In this document: positions 29,737-37,681 of the stretch, one piece after another
Layout: the number at the start of each line of letters is the position of its first letter
Position numbering within the stretch: the stretch's first letter is position 1
Source: a virus
Lineage: Duplodnaviria > Caudoviricetes
IMG/VR virus record: IMGVR_UViG_3300025401_000648
Reading direction: 5' to 3' (one strand)
Length of the DNA: 64,000 nt
Translations under genes and position numbers: made by a program
The notes under the pieces: model-generated
The model's input: the letters and a program-made list of their open reading frames with translations, nothing else
Told to the model about the DNA's origin: nothing
The model's database searches: none

Positions 29737-29758
29737 CCAAACGCTCTACGCTAGACTC

Positions 29759-30103
29759 TTAGTCCATACGGCTACCGCTGTAGATCTTAGCCTCAGGGAA
29801 TATGCTACGGAAGTAGCGAGCAAAAGCTTCTGCTCCTGCTTCCTTAACAGAGATGCTCTGCGTGGGCAAGCCTGCTGGATCCCACAAGGTCAACGTCTTA
29901 GGCCTGTAGCTCTTACGGAAGCCTGCAGCCATAAGCGCCTTTGCTTCCCGGCTGTTAGTACGCTCTACGAAGATGTCCACCCAGCCAAAGCCACAAGCGT
30001 CACGCTCGCCTACCTGCGCATACATCTGCTGGGCAGCCGCCACAGCTTCTTGTTGAGCACCCGCCACAGCAGAGATGATCTGCTCTTTAGTAAAACCTTT
30101 CAT
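29759..30103 (-). CDS. Early hypothetical protein
   Basis: Own promoter and AAGGAG RBS. Confidence 0.8.
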   Translation of the reverse strand: MKGFTKEQIISAVAGAQQEAVAAAQQMYAQVGERDACGFGWVDIFVERTNSREAKALMAAGFRKSYRPKTLTLWDPAGLPTQSISVKEAGAEAFARYFRSIFPEAKIYSGSRMD

Positions 30104-30134
30104 ACTAGCTCCTTAGTGTGTTGTGTAAGTCTAT

Positions 30135-30163
30135 ATTATAAGGCCCTTTCGGGCCTTTGTCAA
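30135..30163 (-). promoter_or_regulatory. Early promoter cassette
   Basis: TTGACA-17-TATAAT, spacer hairpin GGCCC-GAAA-GGGCC. Confidence 0.85.
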
Positions 30164-30987
30164 CCGCAGATTGCGTACTCAGCCAGCTCAGCCCAGTTAC
30201 GACTGCCTGCCCGGCGGATCTTGACGCATTGGATCAGAGTACGCAGGCTCAACTCTTTCACACGGTCCTGTACCTCGGCGATCAAGTCCATGGCGTCCTC
30301 TTTGTGGACCTGTTCGTACTCGGGCATGAACTCACCACTGGTCAGTAGGTGACGCATACGTTCAACCTTTTGCTCTGTGGTCATGCTCAAGTCCACACAC
30401 AGGCTTCGTGTCACAACGGCTTGATCCAATTGTGAGGAGCTCATGTTACTGATGAAGACCACACGACCTTTGAAGAGGAATGAGTTAGGCAGGTCCTCGT
30501 CCTTAAAGTCCGCACGCCATGTCACCACTCGCTGGCTGTATGAATCCAATGCTGTCTTCAGCAGGCTCAAGCTCACTGGATCTTTGAGTACGCTATCACA
30601 GTCGTCGAACACTAAGACTGAGTCCTTGTTTTCATACAGCAAGCGGAACAGACCCTTTGCTGTACTGTAGCCTTTGACCACTGTATAGCTCTTACGAGCG
30701 CGGATCTCACCTGCCTCTTGTAGGGTCACGTCCGTGAAGCCCCGGGCTCGGAGTGCTTGGACCACAGTATGGCTCTTGCCAAGTCCACCGGGACCGCAGA
30801 TGATCACTGACGCTTGATCACCACCAGCCACCATGTTCACCATGTCAGTGACAAAGCCAAAGCGCTGATTGATTGTGAACTTACTGGGCACCACCACATT
30901 CTTGGGTGCTGTATAAGTGATAGAGACTGGACCGCTACCATCTCTGCGTTGACGGGGTGAACCATCGTTTTTGTAACCTCTTGGCAT
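30160..30987 (-). CDS. P-loop (AAA-type) ATPase
   Basis: GPGGLGKS, LVFDDCD, FISN. Confidence 0.8.
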   Translation of the reverse strand: MPRGYKNDGSPRQRRDGSGPVSITYTAPKNVVVPSKFTINQRFGFVTDMVNMVAGGDQASVIICGPGGLGKSHTVVQALRARGFTDVTLQEAGEIRARKSYTVVKGYSTAKGLFRLLYENKDSVLVFDDCDSVLKDPVSLSLLKTALDSYSQRVVTWRADFKDEDLPNSFLFKGRVVFISNMSSSQLDQAVVTRSLCVDLSMTTEQKVERMRHLLTSGEFMPEYEQVHKEDAMDLIAEVQDRVKELSLRTLIQCVKIRRAGSRNWAELAEYAICG

Positions 30988-31014
30988 ACTTGCTCCTAGT
31001 GTGTGTAAGTGTAT

Positions 31015-31043
31015 ATTATACGGCCTTAGGCCGCTTCTGTCAA
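31015..31043 (-). promoter_or_regulatory. Early promoter cassette
   Basis: TTGACA-17-TATAAT, spacer IR CGGCC-TAA-GGCCG. Confidence 0.85.
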
Positions 31044-31742
31044 CCGAATTACGAAGCCTGTGTAGTCTTTTTTGGCACGTCCCTTGGCCTTCAAACCAGC
31101 GATGCTGCCTTGGGGATCTAGGAAGCGGAGGTCATGCTCATCAGCATTGATCACTGGGAGACCCATGTGTTCTTCAGGCAGACGATCAAACACCGCCGCA
31201 ATATTGAGGCCTTGCTCGATGGCTTTGGCCACATCCGCATCGTTGCCGTCGGCTTTGGAAAATGTCAAGTGGTAGTTCTTGTACTGGCCGACCTTACGAC
31301 CCAGGACCTTAGTGTAGTCATAGAACTGTACAGTAGGGAACAGTTCAAAAATGTTCTTGCCCGCTTCAGCTTCGTACTTCTCCCAGCTCAAGTCTGAGGT
31401 ACCATTCAAGCGGAACACGGGAGTCAAGCCCTGCCGTTCTGCGAACTTAATACCCCGACGGATGTCTGCGACCAAGTTGGTCATAAACTCTTCACGATTG
31501 AAGAAGAACTCCACTGTCTTGCGGATACGAGCCTTTTGGATTGTATTGGTATTCTCACCGCGCTTGAACATGCCACCTCTGCCTGCTGTATTAAGGCAAG
31601 CGGATGCGCAACCTGCTGTGGCCTTGGGGCAGGTGTTGCGCCCGCTAAGGGTGGATGGGGCAAGGTGTAGGATGAATGATAGGTAGCCAAGTTTCGTTCC
31701 CTTTTGGATCTTGGGATTCGCTGTACTTAAGAGCTTGAACAT
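31026..31742 (-). CDS. Phage gp88-like protein with three-Cys Fe-S-type motif
   Basis: CPKATAGCASAC (Cx6Cx3C), RLNGTSD, QFYDYTK, YHLTFS, D.RFLD. Confidence 0.65.
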   Translation of the reverse strand: MFKLLSTANPKIQKGTKLGYLSFILHLAPSTLSGRNTCPKATAGCASACLNTAGRGGMFKRGENTNTIQKARIRKTVEFFFNREEFMTNLVADIRRGIKFAERQGLTPVFRLNGTSDLSWEKYEAEAGKNIFELFPTVQFYDYTKVLGRKVGQYKNYHLTFSKADGNDADVAKAIEQGLNIAAVFDRLPEEHMGLPVINADEHDLRFLDPQGSIAGLKAKGRAKKDYTGFVIRLTEAA

Positions 31743-31773
31743 AGTGTGTGTCCTTTAGTGTGTGTAAGTCTAT

Positions 31774-31802
31774 ATTATAAGGCCTTAGCCTAGGCTTGTC
31801 AA
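31774..31802 (-). promoter_or_regulatory. Early promoter cassette
   Basis: TTGACA-17-TATAAT, spacer palindromes AGCCTAGGCT and AGGCCT. Confidence 0.85.
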
Positions 31803-32006
31803 CCATTCCTTAACATCAGGATCAACTTCCATCATGCGATCAAACTGGGCCGCAACCAGCATGTCACGCATGGCATAGTATTCGGCGCCACCCGCACGGC
31901 AGAGATCTTCCACGGCATGCATGGAAGGCATGCGCCATAGCATCTCGCAGATGAACTTTTGGTTGGGTGTGAGACCAGTGATAGTCAATTCGTCGTCGTC
32001 TCGCAT
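31785..32006 (-). CDS. Early hypothetical protein
   Basis: 73 aa, coupled to upstream micro-ORF. Confidence 0.7.
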   Translation of the reverse strand: MRDDDELTITGLTPNQKFICEMLWRMPSMHAVEDLCRAGGAEYYAMRDMLVAAQFDRMMEVDPDVKEWLTSLG

Positions 32007-32095
32007 TAGAATTCTCCCATGACAATCATGGCCACGAACATGGCCAACAAGGGTGCTCCTAGGACTACGAACAAGTTGAACAAGGCTGTGAACAT
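32006..32095 (-). CDS. 29-aa single-TM microprotein (not in ORF track)
   Basis: MFTALFNLFVVLGAPLLAMFVAMIVMGEF; own promoter and AGGAG RBS. Confidence 0.65.
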   Translation of the reverse strand: MFTALFNLFVVLGAPLLAMFVAMIVMGEF

Positions 32096-32123
32096 TGGGG
32101 CTCCTTTTCTAGTGTATGCCTGT

Positions 32124-32152
32124 ATTATACAGTCAATCTATTTGGATGTCAA
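32124..32152 (-). promoter_or_regulatory. Early promoter cassette
   Basis: TTGACA-17-TATAAT. Confidence 0.85.
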
Positions 32153-32330
32153 CCAAACGGCCTTCTCTAAAGATAAAGTATTCGTTGATAGGGCGGTTGC
32201 TGGATCCACGCCACGACCAAATGCAGTCGTTGCCGGGCATGAGTTCATATTCCTCGATGCCCCGGGCTTTATAGTGCTCGGTGACCAAGAGCACCTCCAA
32301 AGGGTTAAGACGTCCGTCGATCATTACCAT
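32133..32330 (-). CDS. Early hypothetical protein
   Basis: 65 aa in operon. Confidence 0.7.
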   Translation of the reverse strand: MVMIDGRLNPLEVLLVTEHYKARGIEEYELMPGNDCIWSWRGSSNRPINEYFIFREGRLVDIQID

Positions 32331-32536
32331 TCTTTGTGATCTCCCAATGCTTCGTTGTCTCTGTAGCCTGCTGAGTAGGCTGTGATTTCCTCAGCGGTCA
32401 TGTCTTTGAGCTCTACTAGATCTGAGGTGCTGGTAGCGCCCCGATAGTAGTGAGGATTGTAGGGTCTACGGTAGTAGCTATCGGCACTGCCCCTATCGTA
32501 GGGACCTCCGTGTCGTTGATCATATGATGTTGCCAT
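32324..32536 (-). CDS. Early hypothetical protein
   Basis: HGGPYDRG.ADSYY motif; own promoter/RBS. Confidence 0.75.
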   Translation of the reverse strand: MATSYDQRHGGPYDRGSADSYYRRPYNPHYYRGATSTSDLVELKDMTAEEITAYSAGYRDNEALGDHKEW

Positions 32537-32563
32537 TAGTGCTCCTAGTGTGTGTAAGCCTTA

Positions 32564-32592
32564 ATTATACGGTAAAACCAAAGACCCGTCAA
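32564..32592 (-). promoter_or_regulatory. Early promoter cassette
   Basis: TTGACG-17-TATAAT. Confidence 0.8.
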
Positions 32593-32601
32593 CCTCTAGG
32601 G

Positions 32602-32712
32602 TTATTGATCTTGTCCTAGTAGGAAATCAAGTAAGTCTATGTCCAAGCGCCAATGGCTGTCATAGACCTGTGATTCTGCCCACATGAGGAATTCGTCGCT
32701 GTACTGGTTCAT
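32602..32712 (-). CDS. 36-aa acidic microprotein (not in ORF track)
   Basis: MNQYSDEFLMWAESQVYDSHWRLDIDLLDFLLGQDQ; start overlaps upstream stop. Confidence 0.5.
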   Translation of the reverse strand: MNQYSDEFLMWAESQVYDSHWRLDIDLLDFLLGQDQ

Positions 32713-33023
32713 CACATGCTCCAGTAGAGTTCTGAGCTGGGATCGCAAGCTCTGGGACACTCAGTTTCGATGACTACATCAGCGCCTGTCATCAAGCTCT
32801 TCACAGTCTTGTAAGTAGGAAAGTATTCAAACGAGAATCCGTCCTTGGGCTTATACAAGCTCTTGAGCTCACGGACTTCTCGCTCCATACCTGCTTCGTC
32901 CCGCCCCGTGAACTGATAAGTGCCAACGCATCGTTGTCCTACCTTGTTGCGGCTACCGTACTTGGACACCCTAGTCAAGCGCCGATCTGCCTTGTAGATC
33001 CGCAGTGTGTACTCTTGTTTCAT
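32712..33023 (-). CDS. Early hypothetical protein
   Basis: Own promoter/RBS. Confidence 0.75.
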   Translation of the reverse strand: MKQEYTLRIYKADRRLTRVSKYGSRNKVGQRCVGTYQFTGRDEAGMEREVRELKSLYKPKDGFSFEYFPTYKTVKSLMTGADVVIETECPRACDPSSELYWSM

Positions 33024-33049
33024 ATCAGCTCCTTAGTGTCTATGTGTGT

Positions 33050-33078
33050 ATTATAGCACCATTTGATTAGTCTGTCAA
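33050..33078 (-). promoter_or_regulatory. Early promoter cassette
   Basis: TTGACA-17-TATAAT. Confidence 0.85.
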
Positions 33079-33474
33079 CTGTCGATCCTTGAAAGTTTCA
33101 TCATTGGCTAGAGGCTGTAGGAGATGGATCAAGCCACCTTCCATGGCACTGAGTTCAGTCTCGCGCTCTAGTCTGATGTAGTTCAAGGTCCATAGGCTGG
33201 GAGTGACATTGAAGTGTTCATTCAACCACTGCCAGCCCTTGGGATAGATTTGATGCTTCTTAGGCGCCCCGTGTGCCTTGGGCCAATGACTGTCCTGTCG
33301 GCTACGGATGAATCCCTTGCCCACATAGATTACTCGTTGTTCTTCATCGGTTAGGATGTAGACTCCACGTAGGGTTCTTGGCAGGCTGGCCCAGTCCTGG
33401 AATGGCCGGTGTTCAACACGGCAGTCGATGTTAAAGAACTCTTGAACCCTTGTGACTGTGTCTAATACTGTCAT
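33067..33474 (-). CDS. GIY-YIG family nuclease-like protein
   Basis: GVYIL.....VIYVGKG..RSR..SH and E..LI...QP..N. Confidence 0.7.
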   Translation of the reverse strand: MTVLDTVTRVQEFFNIDCRVEHRPFQDWASLPRTLRGVYILTDEEQRVIYVGKGFIRSRQDSHWPKAHGAPKKHQIYPKGWQWLNEHFNVTPSLWTLNYIRLERETELSAMEGGLIHLLQPLANDETFKDRQLTD

Positions 33475-33674
33475 GCCAACTCCTTAAAGGTTCTGTGTCT
33501 AAGATCTATGGTGTAGGGCTTCTTCCACAGCTCTACCTGTGTGCTGTCCTGTTTCACATAGCCAATAGCCCGTGCTGTACGTCCCCGAGGCGGCTCTGTG
33601 AACACATAGACATGATTGGCTGTGGGATGCTCACCCCAGTCTGTGGTCTCTTGAAAAATATAGTGTCGAATCAT
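33471..33674 (-). CDS. Early hypothetical protein
   Basis: ATGA overlaps on both sides. Confidence 0.7.
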   Translation of the reverse strand: MIRHYIFQETTDWGEHPTANHVYVFTEPPRGRTARAIGYVKQDSTQVELWKKPYTIDLRHRTFKELA

Positions 33675-33745
33675 AATTTAGTGAGTATCCATACTTTGAT
33701 TGCAAATATAGCTGCCACTGCCAGTGTGATGTAAAGTGTCTGCAT
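33671..33745 (-). CDS. 24-aa single-TM microprotein (not in ORF track)
   Basis: MQTLYITLAVAAIFAIKVWILTKL; own promoter and AAGGAG RBS. Confidence 0.65.
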   Translation of the reverse strand: MQTLYITLAVAAIFAIKVWILTKL

Positions 33746-33773
33746 CTTGGGCTCCTTTTTAGTGTATGTGTTA

Positions 33774-33802
33774 ATTATACTGCCATTTTAGTGAGTTGTC
33801 AA
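33774..33802 (-). promoter_or_regulatory. Early promoter cassette
   Basis: TTGACA-17-TATAAT. Confidence 0.85.
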
Positions 33803-33810
33803 CCAAAGGT

Positions 33811-33920
33811 GAACCCCGCGGCGTTTCACAACGGGCGGGGTTCTATGCCCTTGGGACACTACCCCCTCGGGACTTTTGCTCGGGACACTACCCCCGAGGC
33901 TGACCAGCATCGCACTGGTC
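33811..33920 (-). ncRNA. Candidate multi-hairpin RNA element with two identical loops
   Basis: 14-nt repeat GGGACACTACCCCC at 33853 and 33882; hairpins at 33902-33920 and 33811-33843. Confidence 0.5.
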
Positions 33921-33928
33921 GGAGCAAT

Positions 33929-34141
33929 CTATGCTGTCTTAAATTCTTTGCCAACGTAAAAATCAATCAATCTACGTTGGATCATTGTTACCAAATCACC
34001 TGCGTCATCGGTCACGATGAATCGTACGGGGCAATTACCCCAGGTGTGCCTGTTCTGAAACTCAGCAAACCAACGCCTATGATCCCTGTTAGTGGGGTCG
34101 AAGGCCACATAGGGCCTTCCCAAATATGCCAGTTTGCTCAT
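33929..34141 (-). CDS. Early hypothetical protein
   Basis: Start reassigned to ATG 34141 just after upstream stop. Confidence 0.7.
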   Translation of the reverse strand: MSKLAYLGRPYVAFDPTNRDHRRWFAEFQNRHTWGNCPVRFIVTDDAGDLVTMIQRRLIDFYVGKEFKTA

Positions 34142-34142
34142 A

Positions 34143-34526
34143 TTAGAAGGATGCTTCTTCCATGTCAGCCAACTGCTTCTCAACTTGAGCCTTGGTAACC
34201 TTGGCTGCCTTAATCTTGATACCTTCCAGTGTGGGCTTGGTCTTCACGGCCTTGGCCACTTTCACTGTCTTAGGTGCTTCACTGCGCTTGTCCAACTCGG
34301 CTTCCAATGCTGCCTTGGCCGCAGGGTTCTTGTCGGCAAAGCCAATCTCCAACAATTTTTGAACTGCCTGCTCCTTGGTCAAAGGCTCAGTGAAGGCTTC
34401 AATCTGGACATCAGTGTGTCCGCCCTTCTCAAGAACCTTAACGCGAAGAGCGTCATTGGCAAATCGTGCTTTGTATTCGCCATTCAGTTTAGAATAGCCA
34501 GCGTGTGTAAAAGTCTTAGTAGTCAT
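34143..34526 (-). CDS. Lys/Ala-rich protein, possibly DNA-binding
   Basis: KTVKVAKAVKTK / KAAKVTKA C-terminus. Confidence 0.75.
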   Translation of the reverse strand: MTTKTFTHAGYSKLNGEYKARFANDALRVKVLEKGGHTDVQIEAFTEPLTKEQAVQKLLEIGFADKNPAAKAALEAELDKRSEAPKTVKVAKAVKTKPTLEGIKIKAAKVTKAQVEKQLADMEEASF

Positions 34527-34580
34527 TTCAATTTCCTATGTGTGTGTTGATCAATCAGTGGCCCATCCACTGTACTTACT

Positions 34581-34609
34581 ATTATACTGCCTTTTGAATT
34601 GGCTGTCAA
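34581..34609 (-). promoter_or_regulatory. Early promoter cassette
   Basis: TTGACA-17-TATAAT; leader hairpin CAGTGG-ATGGG-CCACTG. Confidence 0.85.
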
Positions 34610-34616
34610 CCATTTT

Positions 34617-34808
34617 TTATGAATTAACCGTTTCAAAAGGACTGTATTGTTCCTGGGGGAAAGCATCTTCCCATTCCACATTGACCTGTTCAATCCAATC
34701 GTAGACCATGTCAATGGGGCACTCCAACATCATGGCAATGGTCTTGGGACTATAACCTTCAATGTATAGTTGCTCAATGTCGTAGCTCAAATCCTTAATT
34801 TCAGTCAT
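34617..34808 (-). CDS. Small HTH-like protein
   Basis: GYSPKTIAMMLECPIDMVYDWI. Confidence 0.6.
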   Translation of the reverse strand: MTEIKDLSYDIEQLYIEGYSPKTIAMMLECPIDMVYDWIEQVNVEWEDAFPQEQYSPFETVNS

Positions 34809-35016
34809 CGTAGGCCTCCTCGCCCATCTCTGTTACTCGTTCTTCAACCACAACCAAATCAACAATCCTAGCTGTTTGGTCCACGTCGCTGATACCTTGG
34901 AATGCTGTGCGGAAACTTTGGTACTCGGCCAGGAAGTCAAACACAGCCAATTTGTCCCATTCATCAGGAACCTCAAGCTCCTGTGTCAAAACGGTTTGAA
35001 CTCGTACTGTTTTCAT
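34801..35016 (-). CDS. Early hypothetical protein
   Basis: 71 aa, coupled overlaps. Confidence 0.7.
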   Translation of the reverse strand: MKTVRVQTVLTQELEVPDEWDKLAVFDFLAEYQSFRTAFQGISDVDQTARIVDLVVVEERVTEMGEEAYDD

Positions 35017-35489
35017 GCTACCTCCTCTTCAGCGGCCAAAGCCTCTGCCAACGGCACCAACTGCTTATACAACGCTTCATTGCGTTCATGTGTAGTGCCG
35101 CAGTACCAAACACCATCTCGCATGATGTAGTAGTATTCGCCACAGCAGTTATCAACCTGCTCAAAGAACTCTTCAAATGTGTGTGCTACCTTCCAGCTGA
35201 CATTCTCTTCGCCGCGATCGCGTCCGTAAAAGGTACACATATCCTCGGTCAGTTGCTTGAACGCTTCTACTTCCTCTGCGGGCAAGACAAACTGGCTAAA
35301 GGCGTGCTTCTCGCCAATGTTAGGACGCAGGCTACTCAAGTCGCCCAGTGCTACGAGGTTATTGGCTTTGGCAGAGTCGTAGTGCTCTTGTAGGATAGCG
35401 CCATTGTGTGCCAAGTAGCCGTCCCAGTGGCAGTAGACTGACTTAACAATGTCACCGTGCATAATCCCAATACGTGAACGTGTTCCCAT
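35013..35489 (-). CDS. Early hypothetical protein
   Basis: MGTRSRIG...VYCHWDGY; own promoter/RBS. Confidence 0.75.
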   Translation of the reverse strand: MGTRSRIGIMHGDIVKSVYCHWDGYLAHNGAILQEHYDSAKANNLVALGDLSSLRPNIGEKHAFSQFVLPAEEVEAFKQLTEDMCTFYGRDRGEENVSWKVAHTFEEFFEQVDNCCGEYYYIMRDGVWYCGTTHERNEALYKQLVPLAEALAAEEEVA

Positions 35490-35517
35490 GTAGTGCTCCT
35501 AGTGTGTGTAAGTGTTA

Positions 35518-35547
35518 ATTATACAGTAACTCGATGCCAGCTGTCAA
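35518..35547 (-). promoter_or_regulatory. Early promoter cassette
   Basis: TTGACA-18-TATAAT inside the 3' end of the upstream ORF. Confidence 0.8.
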
Positions 35548-35737
35548 CCGAACTAACGGCATCCCAAACAGCTTCGCGCACCGCTGTGTCTGTAGCCTCG
35601 CTGTAGACTTCTTCCTTGCTCACAGCAATCAACAGGTTCATCACAGTGGCCCAGTTCAGAAAACGCTTGTTGGCCATCTCAACAATGTCGTTGATCACAG
35701 CATTGCCAGCATCTGTGAACATTCCATAGTCTTTCAT
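35519..35737 (-). CDS. Early hypothetical protein
   Basis: Own promoter/RBS. Confidence 0.75.
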   Translation of the reverse strand: MKDYGMFTDAGNAVINDIVEMANKRFLNWATVMNLLIAVSKEEVYSEATDTAVREAVWDAVSSVDSWHRVTV

Positions 35738-35764
35738 ATCAGCTCCTAGTGTGTGTAAGTCTTA

Positions 35765-35793
35765 ATTATAACACAGGCCTGAGCCTGTGTCAA
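35765..35793 (-). promoter_or_regulatory. Early promoter cassette
   Basis: TTGACA-17-TATAAT, 8-bp IR ACACAGGC-TCAG-GCCTGTGT. Confidence 0.85.
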
Positions 35794-35798
35794 CTCGT

Positions 35799-36089
35799 TT
35801 ATGCGTGTTCTTTGTCTTCGACTAAGGTCAACATGTTAGCGGGCACACGCCAAAGTCCCTGCACGGTCTTGACTGTGACATACTTGATGGCGATCTTTGT
35901 AACAAAGCCAGTGATGTTCTGTCCAGTCTTGTTAGATGTGAAGCTGACGTTGTCGCCAACCATCAAACTACGGATTGTGGTCTTCTGCAGACGCGATTTG
36001 GCATACTTGACAGCATCGATGATGCTGGACAATTCACTGTTGGTAAACGAACCAAACATGATTGCACTGTTGATTTTTTCGATATCCAT
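35799..36089 (-). CDS. Early hypothetical protein with SH3/KOW-like C-terminus
   Basis: VGDNVSF....G.V......V.V....W.V pattern. Confidence 0.7.
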   Translation of the reverse strand: MDIEKINSAIMFGSFTNSELSSIIDAVKYAKSRLQKTTIRSLMVGDNVSFTSNKTGQNITGFVTKIAIKYVTVKTVQGLWRVPANMLTLVEDKEHA

Positions 36090-36116
36090 GATAGCTCCTA
36101 GTGTGTGTAAGTCTTA

Positions 36117-36145
36117 ATTATACTGCCCTTTGGCTGTCTTGTCAA
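36117..36145 (-). promoter_or_regulatory. Early promoter cassette
   Basis: TTGACA-17-TATAAT. Confidence 0.85.
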
Positions 36146-36369
36146 CCAAAGTACTTGATTAAACCTGCGGCACAGATAGCTATACCCACAACGTTGGTCA
36201 CAATCTGTGGCTTATTACGTACCCGAAAGCTCCAAACCAAGTACAGCAGACCCCCTAAGGAGCCTGCCACGATATTCCAAGGATACATGTCCAAGGACAT
36301 CAAAGTATACATGGCCATGAAGCAGGCAGTGCCTGCCCACTGGATGATGTCATTAGTCTTCAAGTTCAT
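36142..36369 (-). CDS. Small membrane protein
   Basis: Hydrophobic helices; start reassigned near upstream stop. Confidence 0.65.
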   Translation of the reverse strand: MNLKTNDIIQWAGTACFMAMYTLMSLDMYPWNIVAGSLGGLLYLVWSFRVRNKPQIVTNVVGIAICAAGLIKYFG

Positions 36370-36940
36370 CCTCATTCTCTGCTTCGTATTCAGCCATGCC
36401 GTCTGAGATACCAAACATGTCATCCAAATCCGCAGGGATCGCATCCTTGACAGTCACACTCGTGTAACCACCAATGTCATAAGTTTCATCACCGTTCTCA
36501 TCGTGGATTCCACAGAAAGCCATGCCAGGCTCATAGTAGTAGGCACGCACTGTGAAGCCCTGCTCCATCAGTGCCTCATAGACTCCAGTAGGAGGGCTCC
36601 ATGCTGAATCAAAGCCAAAGGTAATGCCCTTGTCATGTTGGGCATCATACTCAACAGTATCGTAGGGATTCACATCCCACTTGGTGCCCCATTCGTTGAC
36701 ACAGAAGTCATACCATGTAGCGTAGCCATGCTTCTCACGATTGGCATTCTCTTGCTCTACGAGCTTGATCTGCTCAGGGCTATCATCAGCACCCACGCGG
36801 CCAGCCACAATGTGTAGGCTTTCTGGAACGGGACGGGCAAAGTTACAGAACTTGCCTTCGTTAATTGCTTCAACCAAAGCATACATCTTGGTCTTGTCTT
36901 CGTGGTTGATCTCAACTGTGTTGTTGCACCAATTTGGCAT
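36353..36940 (-). CDS. DUF1281/YubB-like protein
   Basis: MPNWCNN, WGTKWD, FDSAWSPP, YYEPGM.FCG. Confidence 0.7.
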   Translation of the reverse strand: MPNWCNNTVEINHEDKTKMYALVEAINEGKFCNFARPVPESLHIVAGRVGADDSPEQIKLVEQENANREKHGYATWYDFCVNEWGTKWDVNPYDTVEYDAQHDKGITFGFDSAWSPPTGVYEALMEQGFTVRAYYYEPGMAFCGIHDENGDETYDIGGYTSVTVKDAIPADLDDMFGISDGMAEYEAENEDELED

Positions 36941-36974
36941 ATTCGCTCCTTAAAGTGTGTTAGTGTAAGTGTAT

Positions 36975-37003
36975 ATTATACAACCAAAATCATGCTTTGT
37001 CAA
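36975..37003 (-). promoter_or_regulatory. Early promoter cassette
   Basis: TTGACA-17-TATAAT. Confidence 0.85.
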
Positions 37004-37202
37004 GCATTCGCATCAATTCATTGTTCAAAAAGTCCATCTCAGTCCGCTCCACATAGAAGTCTGTGGTGGGATCGTAGTAGGCACCTTCCTGGGGATCGTA
37101 ATACAAGACACGACCTGAGAAGTTGAACGGACCTTCAAGCCCCTTACGGGGGCCATACTTGTCACGCATCCTATCCCCAGTGTCCAAAACGCGATATCCC
37201 AT
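36990..37202 (-). CDS. Early hypothetical protein
   Basis: Start ATG 37202 after AGGAG; GPRKGLEGPF..LYYDP. Confidence 0.75.
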   Translation of the reverse strand: MGYRVLDTGDRMRDKYGPRKGLEGPFNFSGRVLYYDPQEGAYYDPTTDFYVERTEMDFLNNELMRMLDKA

Positions 37203-37229
37203 TGTCAGCTCCTTTGTTGCTAAGTCTTT

Positions 37230-37258
37230 ATTATACGATCGGTTAAACCATTTGTCAA
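37230..37258 (-). promoter_or_regulatory. Early promoter cassette
   Basis: TTGACA-17-TATAAT; spacer GGTT-T-AACC. Confidence 0.85.
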
Positions 37259-37269
37259 CCAAAAAAACA

Positions 37270-37344
37270 TGGCGCCGTGGATGGGACTCGAACCCACCTG
37301 ATACTGATAGACAATCAGTTGCCCTCCCCGAGGACTACCACGGC
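37270..37344 (-). tRNA. trnD: tRNA-Asp(GTC)
   Basis: GCCGTGG acceptor stem, ACTGA-TTGTCTA-TCAGT anticodon arm, TTCGAGT T-loop, encoded CCA. Confidence 0.92.
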
Positions 37345-37420
37345 TTGAATTAGATTGGGCGGGCTGAGCGAGCACCTCGTTTAATGTTCAGCCCTCAGGC
37401 CAACACCCTGTAACTAGCTA

Positions 37421-37611
37421 GTTAGAAAAGAACTAAAGGAACTCCGGACTACTTGCTCTATACCGTCTATAGTGCTAGTGCCTTCGTCATTACTGCCTGC
37501 CTTATCCGCCGTTGCTCGAGGCCTTCATGCCCTGGATACCAGGTACCCGTCGGTACGCTTCCATCTCTCCAGGCGCCTAGCGGTGTAGGTAACCTTTAAT
37601 GCTTTCCTAAC
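37421..37611 (-). ncRNA. Candidate 191-nt structured ncRNA co-transcribed with tRNA-Asp
   Basis: End pairing GTTAGGAAAG/CTTTTCTAAC and ATTAAAGG/CCTTTAGT, inner CTAC/GTAG, GCTAG/CTAGC, several hairpins; own promoter. Confidence 0.65.
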
Positions 37612-37624
37612 TGTCTATGTCTTT

Positions 37625-37653
37625 ATTATAGCACCGGTTTAACCATTTGTCAA
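37625..37653 (-). promoter_or_regulatory. Early promoter for ncRNA-tRNA-Asp transcript
   Basis: TTGACA-17-TATAAT; spacer GGTT-A-AACC. Confidence 0.85.
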
Positions 37654-37681
37654 TCCCGGGCTATAATACCCTTTCTTTCTA

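Noticed and set aside
29690-30352. 220-aa + strand ORF and similar long shadow ORFs (209..724, 45423..45986, 51081..51587, 57761..58594)
   Set aside because: Antisense to well-supported genes, with no RBS/promoter and compositions typical of shadow frames
37421-37611. tmRNA or RNase P RNA
   Set aside because: No tRNA-Ala-like domain or CCA end, no conserved P4 signature, too short
37639-37667. Plus-strand antisense promoter (TATAAT at 37662)
   Set aside because: The -35 match is weak (TTAACC) and no downstream feature supports it
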